Source of the DNA: an uncultured Gammaproteobacteria bacterium | Lineage (GTDB): Bacteria > Pseudomonadota > Gammaproteobacteria > SZUA-229 | Assembly (NCBI GenBank): GCA_963721085.1 | Contig: CAVRHW010000015.1 | Coordinates: forward strand, 47,443 to 111,442 | Direction of reading: 5' to 3' | Length of the DNA stretch: 64,000 bases | In this document: piece after piece, positions 54,453 to 64,000 of the stretch | Numbering within the stretch: position 1 is the stretch's first letter | Layout of the letters: every line of letters starts with the position of its first letter | Translations under genes and position numbers: made by a program | Notes under the pieces: generated by a model | What the model was told of the DNA's origin: nothing | Databases searched by the model: none | What the model saw: only the letters and a program-made list of their open reading frames with translations

Positions 54453-55553
54453 CTATTTTTTCGCACCCATCTTCAATGCGCGTTCGCGCGAATGCTTTTC
54501 TTCCACCGCGCGTTTGCCCGCATCCCAGCTCGGCATGGTTTCGGGCCAGCCGAACATGTGCGCAGTGAGTACTTCGCACAGGGCTTCAATGTGCTCTGGA
54601 TTATCGTTGAGCGCAGGGATATAACGATAATGCAGGCCGCCGGCATGAAGAAACACTTCACGATTTTCCATGTCGATTTCATCCAGGGTTTCCAGGCAGT
54701 CTGCGGAAAAACCCGGGCAGATAATGTCGACTGCTTTCACGCCCTGCGCCGGCAAGGCTTCCAGGGTTTTGTCGCAGTACGGCTGTAACCAGGGTTCGCG
54801 ACCAAAGCGTGACTGAAACACCACCTGCCATTCGTTATCAGCCAGCTGAAGATGCTCGGCGGTCAGGCGCGCGGTTTTCTGGCAATGACAAAAATAAGGG
54901 TCGCCACTATCGAAATAACGCTGTGGAATTCCATGGAACGAAAACAGCAGTTTGTCGCCGCGCGGATGTTTTTTCCAGTGTTCACGAATGCTGCTGGCCA
55001 GGGCTTCGATATATTTCGGATGATCGTGATACTGATTGATAAAGCGCAGGTCGGGTAGCCAGCGCCAGCCAGTGAGTACCCGCGTGACTTCGTCGAACAC
55101 CGAAGCGGTGGTGGTGGCAGAATATTGCGGGTACATCGGCAAAATCACGATCCGTCTTGCGCCAGCCTTGCGCAGTGCTTCCAGCGAACTGCGGATCGAG
55201 GGCTTGCCATAACGCATGGCGAGGTCGACCAGCAGATTGCCACGAAAACGATTTTGCAGGTGTTTTTCGACAGCGCGCGCCTGCAATATCGAAGTGGCGA
55301 TCAGCGGTGAGCCCTGGTCGCTCCAGACTCTGGCATAGGCGCGCGCTGAGCGCCGTGGCCGCAGCCGTAAAATAACGCCGTGCAGCGCCAGCCACCACAG
55401 CCAGCGCGGGGCTTCGACCACGCGCGGATCCCAGAGAAATTCAGCCAGGTAGCGGCGCAGAGCAGAGGGCGTGGGTTTGTCGGGCGAGCCCAGATTAACC
55501 AGCAAAATACCGAGTTTTTCTTTGGCGCCGTGTTGATAAGATTCTACTTTCAC
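54453..55553 (-). CDS. hemH: ferrochelatase
   Basis: GILLVNLGSPD, PMYPQYSATT, FSFHGIP, FQSRFGREPWLQPY, PGFSADCLETLDEI; GTG start inferred. Confidence 0.95.
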   Translation of the reverse strand: MKVESYQHGAKEKLGILLVNLGSPDKPTPSALRRYLAEFLWDPRVVEAPRWLWWLALHGVILRLRPRRSARAYARVWSDQGSPLIATSILQARAVEKHLQNRFRGNLLVDLAMRYGKPSIRSSLEALRKAGARRIVILPMYPQYSATTTASVFDEVTRVLTGWRWLPDLRFINQYHDHPKYIEALASSIREHWKKHPRGDKLLFSFHGIPQRYFDSGDPYFCHCQKTARLTAEHLQLADNEWQVVFQSRFGREPWLQPYCDKTLEALPAQGVKAVDIICPGFSADCLETLDEIDMENREVFLHAGGLHYRYIPALNDNPEHIEALCEVLTAHMFGWPETMPSWDAGKRAVEEKHSRERALKMGAKK

Positions 55554-55702
55554 AAAATGATGCGGGTGTTGAGTGAAGCGCCTAGGGTGACAGATTCGTA
55601 TGCCGCGCACAAGATGTACGCTGCACCATAAAGATTCAACAGCCGAGGTGATTGCTGTAACATACCGCCACTTTGGGTCGACCCGTATTTGCTGGAGTTA
55701 AT

Positions 55703-56827
55703 ATGCCAATCCGACTGGCAGTGCCAAACGAAATTTTACCCGGTGAGCGCCGCATCGCGCTGGAGCCCGGCGTCGCCAAGCGTCTGCTCGGCATGGGTGT
55801 TGAAGTCTGCATGGAAAAAGGCGCCGCCCTGTCCTCGCATTTTGCCGATGAAGCTTTCGAAGACGTCAAGCTGATCGATAGCCCGGCCGCGCTGTACAAA
55901 GGCGCCAGCCTGGTGTTCAAGGTGCAGCCGCCGACACTGGAAGAACTCGATATGATCGATGACGGCGCGGTCATCGTCAGTTTTATGCAGCCGCATAAAA
56001 ATCGTGATCTGATGAAAAAAATGTGCGCGAAAAAAATCACCTCACTGGCGATGGAACTGGTGCCGCGTATTTCGCGCGCACAGTCGATGGACGCGCTGTC
56101 CTCACAGGCGGCGATCGCGGGTTACAAGGGCGTGCTCATGGGCGCCGATCTGGCCAGCGTGTTTTTCCCGATGCTGACCACTGCGGCAGGCACCATTCGT
56201 CCGGCACGCGTGGTCGTGATCGGTGCCGGCGTCGCCGGGTTGCAGGCGATTGCGACTGCGCGCCGTCTCGGTGCCGTGGTCGAAGCCTACGATGTGCGCT
56301 CGGCCACCCGCGAACAGTGTGAATCGCTGGGCGCCAAGTTTATCGATACCGGGGTCAAGGCCGAAGGCGAGGGTGGTTATGCGCGTGAACTCACCGCCGA
56401 AGAAAAACAGCAGCAGCGCGATGTGCTGGCCAAACATATCGCCACTGCCGACGTGGTGATTTCCACTGCTGCGATTCCGGGTCGTCCATCACCTAAAATT
56501 ATTGATAAAGACATGGTTGCGAACATGAAAGTCGGTGCGGTGATCGTCGATCTGGCATCCGAAGGTGGTGGTAACTGCGAACTCACCGTGCCCGGTGAAA
56601 CCGTGAACTTCGAAGACCGCGTGACCGTGCATGGCCCTCTGAACGTGCCCAGTCAGGTGCCGATCCACGCCAGCGAAATGTACGCAAAAAATTTATTCAA
56701 CCTGGTGTCACCGTTCATTAGCGAGAGCGGTGAACTGGCGCTGGATTTTGAAGATGATGTCATCGCCGGCTGCGTACTGACGCGCGACGGTGAAATCATT
56801 CCCGAACAATACAAGGCGGAGCAATAA
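55703..56827 (+). CDS. pntA: NAD(P) transhydrogenase alpha subunit part 1
   Basis: RISRAQSMDALSSQ, GAGVAGLQAIATARRLGA. Confidence 0.95.
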   Translation: MPIRLAVPNEILPGERRIALEPGVAKRLLGMGVEVCMEKGAALSSHFADEAFEDVKLIDSPAALYKGASLVFKVQPPTLEELDMIDDGAVIVSFMQPHKNRDLMKKMCAKKITSLAMELVPRISRAQSMDALSSQAAIAGYKGVLMGADLASVFFPMLTTAAGTIRPARVVVIGAGVAGLQAIATARRLGAVVEAYDVRSATREQCESLGAKFIDTGVKAEGEGGYARELTAEEKQQQRDVLAKHIATADVVISTAAIPGRPSPKIIDKDMVANMKVGAVIVDLASEGGGNCELTVPGETVNFEDRVTVHGPLNVPSQVPIHASEMYAKNLFNLVSPFISESGELALDFEDDVIAGCVLTRDGEIIPEQYKAEQ

Positions 56828-56828
56828 C

Positions 56829-57134
56829 ATGATCGAAGGCTTTACTGCGCTGTATATTTTTATGCTTTCTGCATTCACCGGCTACGAAGTCATCAGCCGG
56901 GTGCCGGTGATTTTGCACACGCCGTTGATGTCGGGTTCCAACTTTGTTCACGGCATCGTGCTGGTCGGGGCGATGATCGCACTCGGTCATGCGCACGGCA
57001 CACTGGAACTGGCGATCGGTTTTTTCGCGGTCACGCTGGCAGCAGGCAATGCGGTCGGTGGCTATTTCGCTACCGTGCGTATGCTGGATATGTTCCAGAT
57101 CCGCAAAAAAGACGATAAAGGAGCGGCCGCATGA
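56829..57134 (+). CDS. NAD(P) transhydrogenase alpha subunit part 2 (membrane)
   Basis: LHTPLMSGSNFVHG; own start codon, three-gene pnt organisation. Confidence 0.92.
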   Translation: MIEGFTALYIFMLSAFTGYEVISRVPVILHTPLMSGSNFVHGIVLVGAMIALGHAHGTLELAIGFFAVTLAAGNAVGGYFATVRMLDMFQIRKKDDKGAAA

Positions 57135-58528
57135 GTCTGGTCATCGATATCGTATATTTTCTCACTGCAGCGATATTCATTATCGGCCTGAAACAGATGT
57201 CTTCGCCGGTGACTGCGCACCGCGGAGTGGTCTGGGCCGGTGTCGGTATGCTGGTCGCTGTGCTGGTTACCTTCGGTGCACCCGATATCAGGATCGGCTT
57301 CAACATCAACCTGGTGTTGATGGTGTGCGCGATCGCGCTGGGTTCAGCGGTGGCCTGGATTTCGGCGAAAAAAGTTGCGATGACCGATATGCCGCAGATG
57401 ATCGCACTGTACAACGGTATGGGCGGCGGTGCGGCGGCGGCGATCGCAGCGGTCGAGCTGGTCAAACTGTCCAGCGGTGGTGAAAGCCATGGCATGGTGG
57501 TGCAGGTGCTGGCGGTGCTGGGTGCGTTGATCGGGGCGGTGTCGTTTTCCGGTTCGGCGATCGCGTTTGCCAAACTGCAGGGCCTGATGAATAAAACGCT
57601 GCGTCTGCCTGCGCACCAGATCATCAATATTGGTCTGTTTATCGCGGTGTGTGTTACCGGTTACTGGGTCGCGACCGGTGCGCCGGTCAGTCCCGAACAC
57701 GTGCTGCTGTTTTTCGCCATTGCGGTGGTCCTGGGTGTCATGGTCACGCTGCCGATCGGTGGTGCTGATATGCCGGTGGTGATTTCATTGTTCAACGCGC
57801 TCACCGGTCTTGCGGTCGCGTTCGAAGGGTTTGTGTTAAACAATGCGGCGATGATTATTGCCGGTACCGTGGTCGGCTCTGCGGGTACTCTGCTCACCCA
57901 GTTGATGGCGAAAGCGATGAACCGCCCGATCTCGAACGTGCTGTTCAGCAGCTTCGGCAGCGACGGCGGTGCGGCGGCGGAAGAAGACATCGCAGGCAGC
58001 ATGAAAGAAATTCAGGCCAACGATGCGGCGATCATGATGGCCTATGCCTCGAAAGTGATCATCGTGCCGGGTTACGGTATGGCCGTGGCGCAGGCGCAGC
58101 ACAAGCTGAAAGAGCTGAGCGACCTGCTGGAAGAACGCGGCGTGACAGTGAAATACGCGATCCATCCGGTTGCGGGCCGTATGCCCGGTCACATGAACGT
58201 GCTGCTGGCCGAAGCCGGGGTCGATTATGACAAGATTTTCGATCTCGACGAAATCAACGCCGACTTTGCCACCGCCGACGTGGCGCTGGTGATCGGTGCC
58301 AACGACGTGGTCAATCCGGTGGCGCGCAGCAATCCGGACAGCCCGATCTATGGAATGCCGATCCTGAACGCCGATAAAGCGATGAATACCATCGTGATCA
58401 AACGCGGTAAAGGTTCCGGTTTCTCCGGTATCGAGAACCACCTGTTCTATGCGGATAATACCCGCATGCTGTATGGCGATGCGCAAAAAGCGATCTCTGG
58501 CTTGATTAGTGGCGTCAAGCAGTTATAA
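57131..58528 (+). CDS. pntB: NAD(P) transhydrogenase beta subunit
   Basis: IGGADMPVVIS, PGYGMAVAQAQH, HPVAGRMPGHMNVLLAEA. Confidence 0.96.
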   Translation: MSLVIDIVYFLTAAIFIIGLKQMSSPVTAHRGVVWAGVGMLVAVLVTFGAPDIRIGFNINLVLMVCAIALGSAVAWISAKKVAMTDMPQMIALYNGMGGGAAAAIAAVELVKLSSGGESHGMVVQVLAVLGALIGAVSFSGSAIAFAKLQGLMNKTLRLPAHQIINIGLFIAVCVTGYWVATGAPVSPEHVLLFFAIAVVLGVMVTLPIGGADMPVVISLFNALTGLAVAFEGFVLNNAAMIIAGTVVGSAGTLLTQLMAKAMNRPISNVLFSSFGSDGGAAAEEDIAGSMKEIQANDAAIMMAYASKVIIVPGYGMAVAQAQHKLKELSDLLEERGVTVKYAIHPVAGRMPGHMNVLLAEAGVDYDKIFDLDEINADFATADVALVIGANDVVNPVARSNPDSPIYGMPILNADKAMNTIVIKRGKGSGFSGIENHLFYADNTRMLYGDAQKAISGLISGVKQL

Positions 58529-58650
58529 GCTGCTGCCTGCAAGTGTCTGATTGCGCAACATAAGCGCGGGCTGATGCAGGGAGAAACTCCTGACGCCCGC
58601 CGGTAGTTCGCATAGAATCAGACGCAGACAAGCTAATCCGGGAGGAAACG

Positions 58651-59289
58651 ATGCGGAGCATTCTGGTTCTGAACGCCAAAGGTGGCTGCGGCAAGAGCAC
58701 CATTTCGACCAATCTGGCCAGTTATTATGCCTGGGAGCTCGAACAGAAAGTCGTGCTCGCTGATTTCGATCCGCAGGGATCGAGCATGGCCTGGCTGGAA
58801 GCGCGCGGCGAAGAATGGCCGCCCATCGAAGGGGTCGCTGCCTGGAAAGACCCGGTGAAACCCGCTCGTGATACCGATGTGCTGATCATGGATGCGCCTG
58901 CCCGGGTGCACGGCCCCGAACTTACCCAGTTATTGCGTCGTGCCGAAACCGTGCTGTTTCCGGTACTGCCGTCCCCCATCGACATGCGCGCTGCTGCTAC
59001 CTATATGGAAGAACTGCTCAATGCCGGTCGAGTCGAACGCAAAGAAGTGAAAGTGGGCGTGATCGCCAACCGCGTGCGCGAGAACACCATCATTTTTTCC
59101 GAGCTTTACGAGTTCATTAAAAAACTCAAAGTCCCCTATGTCGCCACGCTGCGCGACACCCAGAATTATATTCGCGCCGAAGAACGCGGTGTTGGTATTT
59201 TTGAAATGGCGCCGTCACAGGTCGCGCAGGATATCGAAGACTGGGAGCCACTGGTAAAATGGCTGAAGAGTAAACGCAGTCAGCCCTGA
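58651..59289 (+). CDS. short ParA/MinD-family ATPase
   Basis: KGGCGKST deviant Walker A, DFDPQGS; no parB adjacent. Confidence 0.88.
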   Translation: MRSILVLNAKGGCGKSTISTNLASYYAWELEQKVVLADFDPQGSSMAWLEARGEEWPPIEGVAAWKDPVKPARDTDVLIMDAPARVHGPELTQLLRRAETVLFPVLPSPIDMRAAATYMEELLNAGRVERKEVKVGVIANRVRENTIIFSELYEFIKKLKVPYVATLRDTQNYIRAEERGVGIFEMAPSQVAQDIEDWEPLVKWLKSKRSQP

Positions 59290-59319
59290 TCGTATCGAGT
59301 TTGTTATCTGGTCATCATC

Positions 59320-59562
59320 GTGGCTGAACTTTATACCCTGTTCGCATTTTTTATTGGTGGGCCGCTGCTGATCATTGGCTGGATCTGGAGCATGGTGGTA
59401 GCAAAACAGACCAGCACCCAGTGGTTTCTCGCCATGTTGTTTTTGTTTGTGTTCGCACTGCCTGCCTTTGCGCTTGTGCACTGGTCACGCATCAAGGGCC
59501 CTTTTATCGTTTCAATCATCGGTGCGTCGTTGTTACTGGGGACAGTGCCGCTGGTTGTCTGA
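59320..59562 (+). CDS. small membrane protein
   Basis: 80 aa, three hydrophobic segments. Confidence 0.65.
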   Translation: MAELYTLFAFFIGGPLLIIGWIWSMVVAKQTSTQWFLAMLFLFVFALPAFALVHWSRIKGPFIVSIIGASLLLGTVPLVV

Positions 59563-59611
59563 TTTTATATTTCACGTTTCGCAATTCGATAGTCCTTTCA
59601 GGTTTTTACTC

Positions 59612-60637
59612 ATGATTCAATTATGTTCGTAGCATCGTTCGCTTAGCAGAATTTAAACAGCGCTTTAGCGATGGTCTGAGCGAGATGCTGATGCCGGATG
59701 CGCTGGGTGCTTACATCCTGGTGCTGGCGAACAGTTTGCAGGCAGACGATTTGCGCGCGCAATTATCACCAGGATTGCAGTCAACTTTCCTGGAACTCAA
59801 AAAGGCATTTAAAGGAAATACACTCAAGGCAACAGCAGATGATATTGCGGTGTTTGAAAAACTGCTGGCACTCGATCCCGATAGCTTAACTCTGACCCGG
59901 CGTATCGAAGCAGGCGACTGGTTGCTATTGCTGAATACGATTCGTGGCCTGCGCCCGGCGCGCGCTGCCAGACAGGTCATTACCATTTGCAGCAGCCATT
60001 TAACTCAGAAGGATTTCAGTTTAATAAGCCGTTTTTACAACCGGAAATTCTCTGGCAGGGCGCTTTAAAAAATGTTCAGCTACGCGTGCTGTATAACAAG
60101 TTTCCGCTGGCGCCATACCATTTGCTGATAGCACCTGACCCGGAACATGGGATGCCTCAATATTTAACTCGTGAATATCATCAGCTGGCCGCCGAGCTTG
60201 TGGTGCAGCAACAAAGCGTGTTGCCCGGCCTGTATCTGGGATATAACAGTCTGGGCGCGTACGCATCGGTGAATCATCTGCATTTTCACGCGGTGATACG
60301 TGAGCGTGAATTGCCTGTGGAAGCTGAGCACTGGACCCATCGTGGAGGAACGCGCGATTATCCCCTGTCGGTCAGATTGTTTGATTCGATTTCAGATAGC
60401 TGGGAATACATTGAAACGCTGCACGCGGCAGGGCAAACCTATAATGTGCTCTATACCCACTACGGCATTTATCTACTGGTGCGCAAAGCGCAGAACACGG
60501 TCGAAGTGCCTGTTTGCATGCAGGGTGCCGGCTGGCCGGAACTCTGTGGTGAGGTCGCGCTGGCTGCAATGCCAGAAGACATGAACACTATCGCAGCGCA
60601 GATTACCGAGGGGCTAAGCCTGTTAAGTGTGAATTAG
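59612..60637 (+). CDS. HIT-superfamily GDP-hexose phosphorylase-like protein (indels; start approximate)
   Basis: PFNSEGFQFNK, YNKFPLAPYHLLIAP, LGYNSLGAYASVNHLHFH. Confidence 0.7.
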
Positions 60638-60649
60638 CTGTTCGGTGGA

Positions 60650-61345
60650 TTACAGCCAGGCGCCAAGCTCTCCCAGCGCGGTCGAAGATTTCAAATAAGG
60701 CTCATCCTGCTCGAGAGCCAGTGTTTGCACCGTGGCTAACAATTTTTTTAACGGCCAGTTTTCGATATCACTTTTGTCGTCCGGATAAAAATTAGCAACA
60801 TGCCCCCACATGTGCAGCAGTGCATTCTGGATACCGCCTGCGGATGGTGTCTGACGAAGTACCGCAGTGAGTTCATCGGCCAGTTCAGCATAGGGCGTAC
60901 GTGGCGACATACTTGCGACCCGCTTGCCTAAAGTTTTATACAGCGCATTATCGCGCGCCATGACAGAGTACTTGTGCTGGCTCCAGAGCTGCTGCGCGTT
61001 TTTTGGCAGCGCGATGCGACCGCATTCTTTATCAATATACTTGTTTCGAATCAGCTCGAACTGCACGCCTGGAACATCAATGTAGGTGTTTGGCCACTGC
61101 CCCGGGTTTGCGCGCAGGCTGACTGGCGATTTATCGTGATAACCGCGCAGAAGCATTTCTGCAGACAGCAGTCGATGACGTTGTCTCAGCGCCCAGCCAT
61201 AGCCGACCCAGCGCAGGGTTTCCGGATGGCGCGAGTAACCTTTTTTGTTGTTTTTAAAAATTGACACCATGCCGTGCAGCTCGCGATGTTCGCCGAGCAG
61301 ACTGGCACGATTTAAATAGCCGGGGTTGATGTCCCAGATTCTCAC
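60650..61345 (-). CDS. pyrimidine-dimer glycosylase/EndoV-like domain fused to DUF1722
   Basis: MRIWD...LLGEHRELH...HPET N-terminus; HKYSVMAR and NALLHMWG C-terminus. Confidence 0.75.
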   Translation of the reverse strand: MRIWDINPGYLNRASLLGEHRELHGMVSIFKNNKKGYSRHPETLRWVGYGWALRQRHRLLSAEMLLRGYHDKSPVSLRANPGQWPNTYIDVPGVQFELIRNKYIDKECGRIALPKNAQQLWSQHKYSVMARDNALYKTLGKRVASMSPRTPYAELADELTAVLRQTPSAGGIQNALLHMWGHVANFYPDDKSDIENWPLKKLLATVQTLALEQDEPYLKSSTALGELGAWL

Positions 61346-61878
61346 GCTTCCCTGTACTCGCCAGGTTGTAGCGACTGCAGTTCCCATTGGCCAATCTGTG
61401 CGCGTATTAAACGCAGCGCAGGAAAGCCCACGGCTGCGACCATGCGGCGCACCTGGCGGTTGCGACCTTCGCGCAGTTTGATTTCAAGCCAGCTGGTGGG
61501 AATGTGCTTGCGTTCACGTATCGGCGGATTGCGCGGCCAGAGGTTTTCGGGTTCGTTGATGCGTTGCGCTGTTGCGGGCCGGGTGGGGCCGTCGTTTAAT
61601 TGCACACCCTCGCTCAGTTGCTGCAGGGCCTGGTCGCTGATTTCGCCTTCGACCTGTACCCAGTAGGTTTTTTCCATTTTGTGTTTCGGGTCGGCAATAC
61701 GGTGTTGCAGTCTGCCATCGTCGGTGAGAACCAGCAGGCCTTCGCTGTCGCGATCGAGCCGACCGGCAGCGTAGACATCTTTCACCTGGATATAATCCGC
61801 GAGGGTTGGGCGCGATTCATGGTCGGTGAACTGGCACAGTACGCCATACGGCTTATTGAACAGAAGGATACGGCTCAT
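61342..61878 (-). CDS. rluE: 23S rRNA pseudouridine synthase E
   Basis: [40 protein letters not shown]. Confidence 0.88.
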   Translation of the reverse strand: MSRILLFNKPYGVLCQFTDHESRPTLADYIQVKDVYAAGRLDRDSEGLLVLTDDGRLQHRIADPKHKMEKTYWVQVEGEISDQALQQLSEGVQLNDGPTRPATAQRINEPENLWPRNPPIRERKHIPTSWLEIKLREGRNRQVRRMVAAVGFPALRLIRAQIGQWELQSLQPGEYREA

Positions 61879-61893
61879 GTGGCAGAGCGATAC

Positions 61894-62807
61894 TCAGACC
61901 GATTGCAGATTGAGCCAGCGTTCGCGGCGGCCAGCGCCGGCGTTGAGTCGGTCGAACATGCTGTGTAATGCATCGGGACAAATGCCGGTCCAGCGCAGGT
62001 CGTCTTTCGGGCCTTTGAAATCGGCATCGGTGATGATGGTGGTGAGCAGTTTGTTCAGCGGCAATATGGCCTGGTGTTCTTCCACCAGTTTCTGGATACG
62101 CGCCGACCGCGAAATTTCATCTCGGAAATCTTGCTGATATTTTCGATCACCATCTCGATGCTGGGATATTTTTTCAGCAGGTTCGAGGCCATTTTGTAGC
62201 CCACGCCCGGGATGCCCGGGATATTGTCCACCGCATCGCCGGAGAGTGCGAGCAGGTCAGCGATCAGCTCCGGGATCACGCCGAAGGTTTTTTCCACATC
62301 GCGGTAGTGCATGATTTTATCGCGGGCGAAATCCCACCAGATATCGCCGGGTTTGAGCAACTGCGCCAGATCCTTGTCCGCACTGAGGATGGTGATGGCA
62401 AAGCCCTGGGCGCGCAACCGGCTGGCCAGGGTGCCGATGATGTCATCGGCCTCGAAACGATTGCTGGAAAAGTCAGCGATCCCGGCAGCGCGGCAAAAAT
62501 CGCGGCAGTGCCTGAACTGGTTTTTAAGCTCCACCGGGGCGGGTGGTCGGTGGGCCTTATACAGCGGGTACAGCTCGCGGCGGTAGGAATGGGTCTGCTT
62601 GGCGTCGAAGGCGCAGGCGATATATTCAGGCTTTTCCAGCGCTATCAGCTGGTGCAGAAACTCGGTGAATCCGTAGATCGCATTGGCCGGCTGGCCATCG
62701 GCATCGGTCATTTCTTCCGAATACGCATGCCAGCCGCGAAAAATATAGATGCTGCTGTCGACCAGATAGGCGCGTTTTTGTTGATTATTGGTATTGTGCC
62801 CGAGCAT
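61894..62807 (-). CDS. stand-alone 5'-3' exonuclease/flap endonuclease (indel near 62105)
   Basis: YLVDSSIYIFR, YKAHR, EADDIIGT, SADKDL, GDAVDNIPGIPGVG. Confidence 0.88.
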
Positions 62808-63011
62808 GGCCGCATTCTACTGGAGCTGGCCTGAATGTGCATGAATTCTGGAAATCATGAAATCCTCTGAACAGGCGCCCGAACTCGGGCAAGTCAGAAC
62901 AGAACAGCTATAGTAAGGGGTAAGAAGCCCAGAGGCTTCATATAATGTAACCGGATAATGTATTATCTGACTCCCGGCCCTGGCCCGCAAAATAAAAAAA
63001 AGAACTCAAAA

Positions 63012-64000
63012 ATGCCCGAAATCAGTAAAAAATCCATCATTGAACTTTCCAAAAAAGGCAGTCGATTGTTTCGTAGCGGTGATTATGAAGCTGCGCGTGC
63101 GGTCTATCTGGAAGCGCGCGAAATCGACGACGAGAACCTCTACGTGTTATCCGGCCTGGGTGACGTGTACCGCAAACTGTGTGATTTTGAAAAATCCGAG
63201 GAATGTTACCAGGCGGTGCTCAAGCTGGATCCTAAAAATGTATTTGCACTGCGCGGCGCAGGTGATGCGCTACGCGGCCAGCTGAAACCACAGCAGGCGA
63301 TTCCGTTCTGGCTGCGCTATCTCGAAATCAATCCCAAAGACAGCCATGTCATGGTGCGTATTGCAGACGCCTACCACAAGCTGCACCAGACCCAGGACGC
63401 GATCGATTTTTACCAGCAATCACTCGCCATCCGTCCGCACGACGCGTTTGCTCTGCTCGGTCTGGGCAATGTGTACTACGCCGAGCACGATGACATGAAC
63501 GCACTGCGTTGTTTCGAAGAGCTGATGAAATTTAATGAAACCCATAATGTCGTAGTGATGACCATGACGGGCAATATCTATCGCCGTCGCAAGGAGTTTG
63601 ATCGTGCGATGGAGCAGTATCAGCACGCGCTGGACCTGGATCCAAAAAATAATTTTGCATTATTCGGTATGGGTGATTGCTGCCGCGGCAAGCTGGATCT
63701 CGACAAGGCCGTGTACTGGTGGGACAAGATACTCGAGCAGGAGCCGGACAACCAGGCCCTGTGGACGCGTGTCGGTGACGCGCTGGTGAATCTGGACAGG
63801 CTGGATGAAGCGGTTCTGCATTATGAATCGAGTTTAAAGAGCGGGCATGATATATACGCTTTACTGGGCCTCGCGCGGGTCAAGGTCAAGCGCGGGAATT
63901 TCTCGCAGGCACTGCAACATTGTGAGCGTGCACTTTCGGTTGATGAAGATCATCCGCGTGTGCTGGAAGAAATGGCAAAGATTTACGAGTTAAACGACGA
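63012..64000 (+). CDS. TPR-repeat protein (runs off window)
   Basis: Open frame from ATG 63012 MPEISKKSIIELSKKG with repeated LGDVYR/AGDALR/LGNVYY TPR helices. Confidence 0.85.
   Translation, partial: MPEISKKSIIELSKKGSRLFRSGDYEAARAVYLEAREIDDENLYVLSGLGDVYRKLCDFEKSEECYQAVLKLDPKNVFALRGAGDALRGQLKPQQAIPFWLRYLEINPKDSHVMVRIADAYHKLHQTQDAIDFYQQSLAIRPHDAFALLGLGNVYYAEHDDMNALRCFEELMKFNETHNVVVMTMTGNIYRRRKEFDRAMEQYQHALDLDPKNNFALFGMGDCCRGKLDLDKAVYWWDKILEQEPDNQALWTRVGDALVNLDRLDEAVLHYESSLKSGHDIYALLGLARVKVKRGNFSQALQHCERALSVDEDHPRVLEEMAKIYELND

Noticed and set aside
58651-59289. ParA as chromosome-partition gene supporting an origin at 46 kb
   Set aside because: Short orphan ParA-like type with no parB and no parS palindrome noticed; it gives no independent support.
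187-62807. Apparent mass pseudogenisation or programmed frameshifting (mtnD, glcF, eptA, iorB-like, regB, argS, priA and others)
   Set aside because: Essential genes are affected, the breaks are single-base indels often in short runs, and there are no nonsense substitutions. This is typical of unpolished long-read sequence.

Overview
A 64-kb chromosomal segment of a free-living Gammaproteobacterium. The gene content hints at a marine, possibly sulfur-oxidising chemolithotroph (inference). Many genes, including the essential argS and priA, are split by single-base indels, so frameshifts are treated as long-read assembly errors rather than pseudogenes. Left part: methionine salvage genes mtnBCDA behind an ATPase-less metal-uptake operon headed by a His-rich leader ORF ending in RAPP; glcDEF; mcl-mtkAB; eptA-PAP2; a Mo-hydroxylase (IorAB-like); a RegBA pair with a RegA-box controlled barrel/TlpA module. 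Middle: fadD with a TPAT (TRAP-T) transporter, SPOR-argS-priA, and a ~550-bp cluster of DnaA boxes with Fis- and IHF-like sites (oriC or DARS-like). Right part: an orphan MshQ/DUF6701-like adhesin gene bracketed by a 187-bp duplication of the hemH 3' end, pntAB, a VTC2/GDPGP1-like HIT protein, an EndoV-DUF1722 fusion, rluE and a 5'-3' exonuclease. Two VPLPA-CTERM proteins and two families of short-period inverted-repeat elements are also present. No rRNA, tRNA, CRISPR array, integrase or transposase was recognised.
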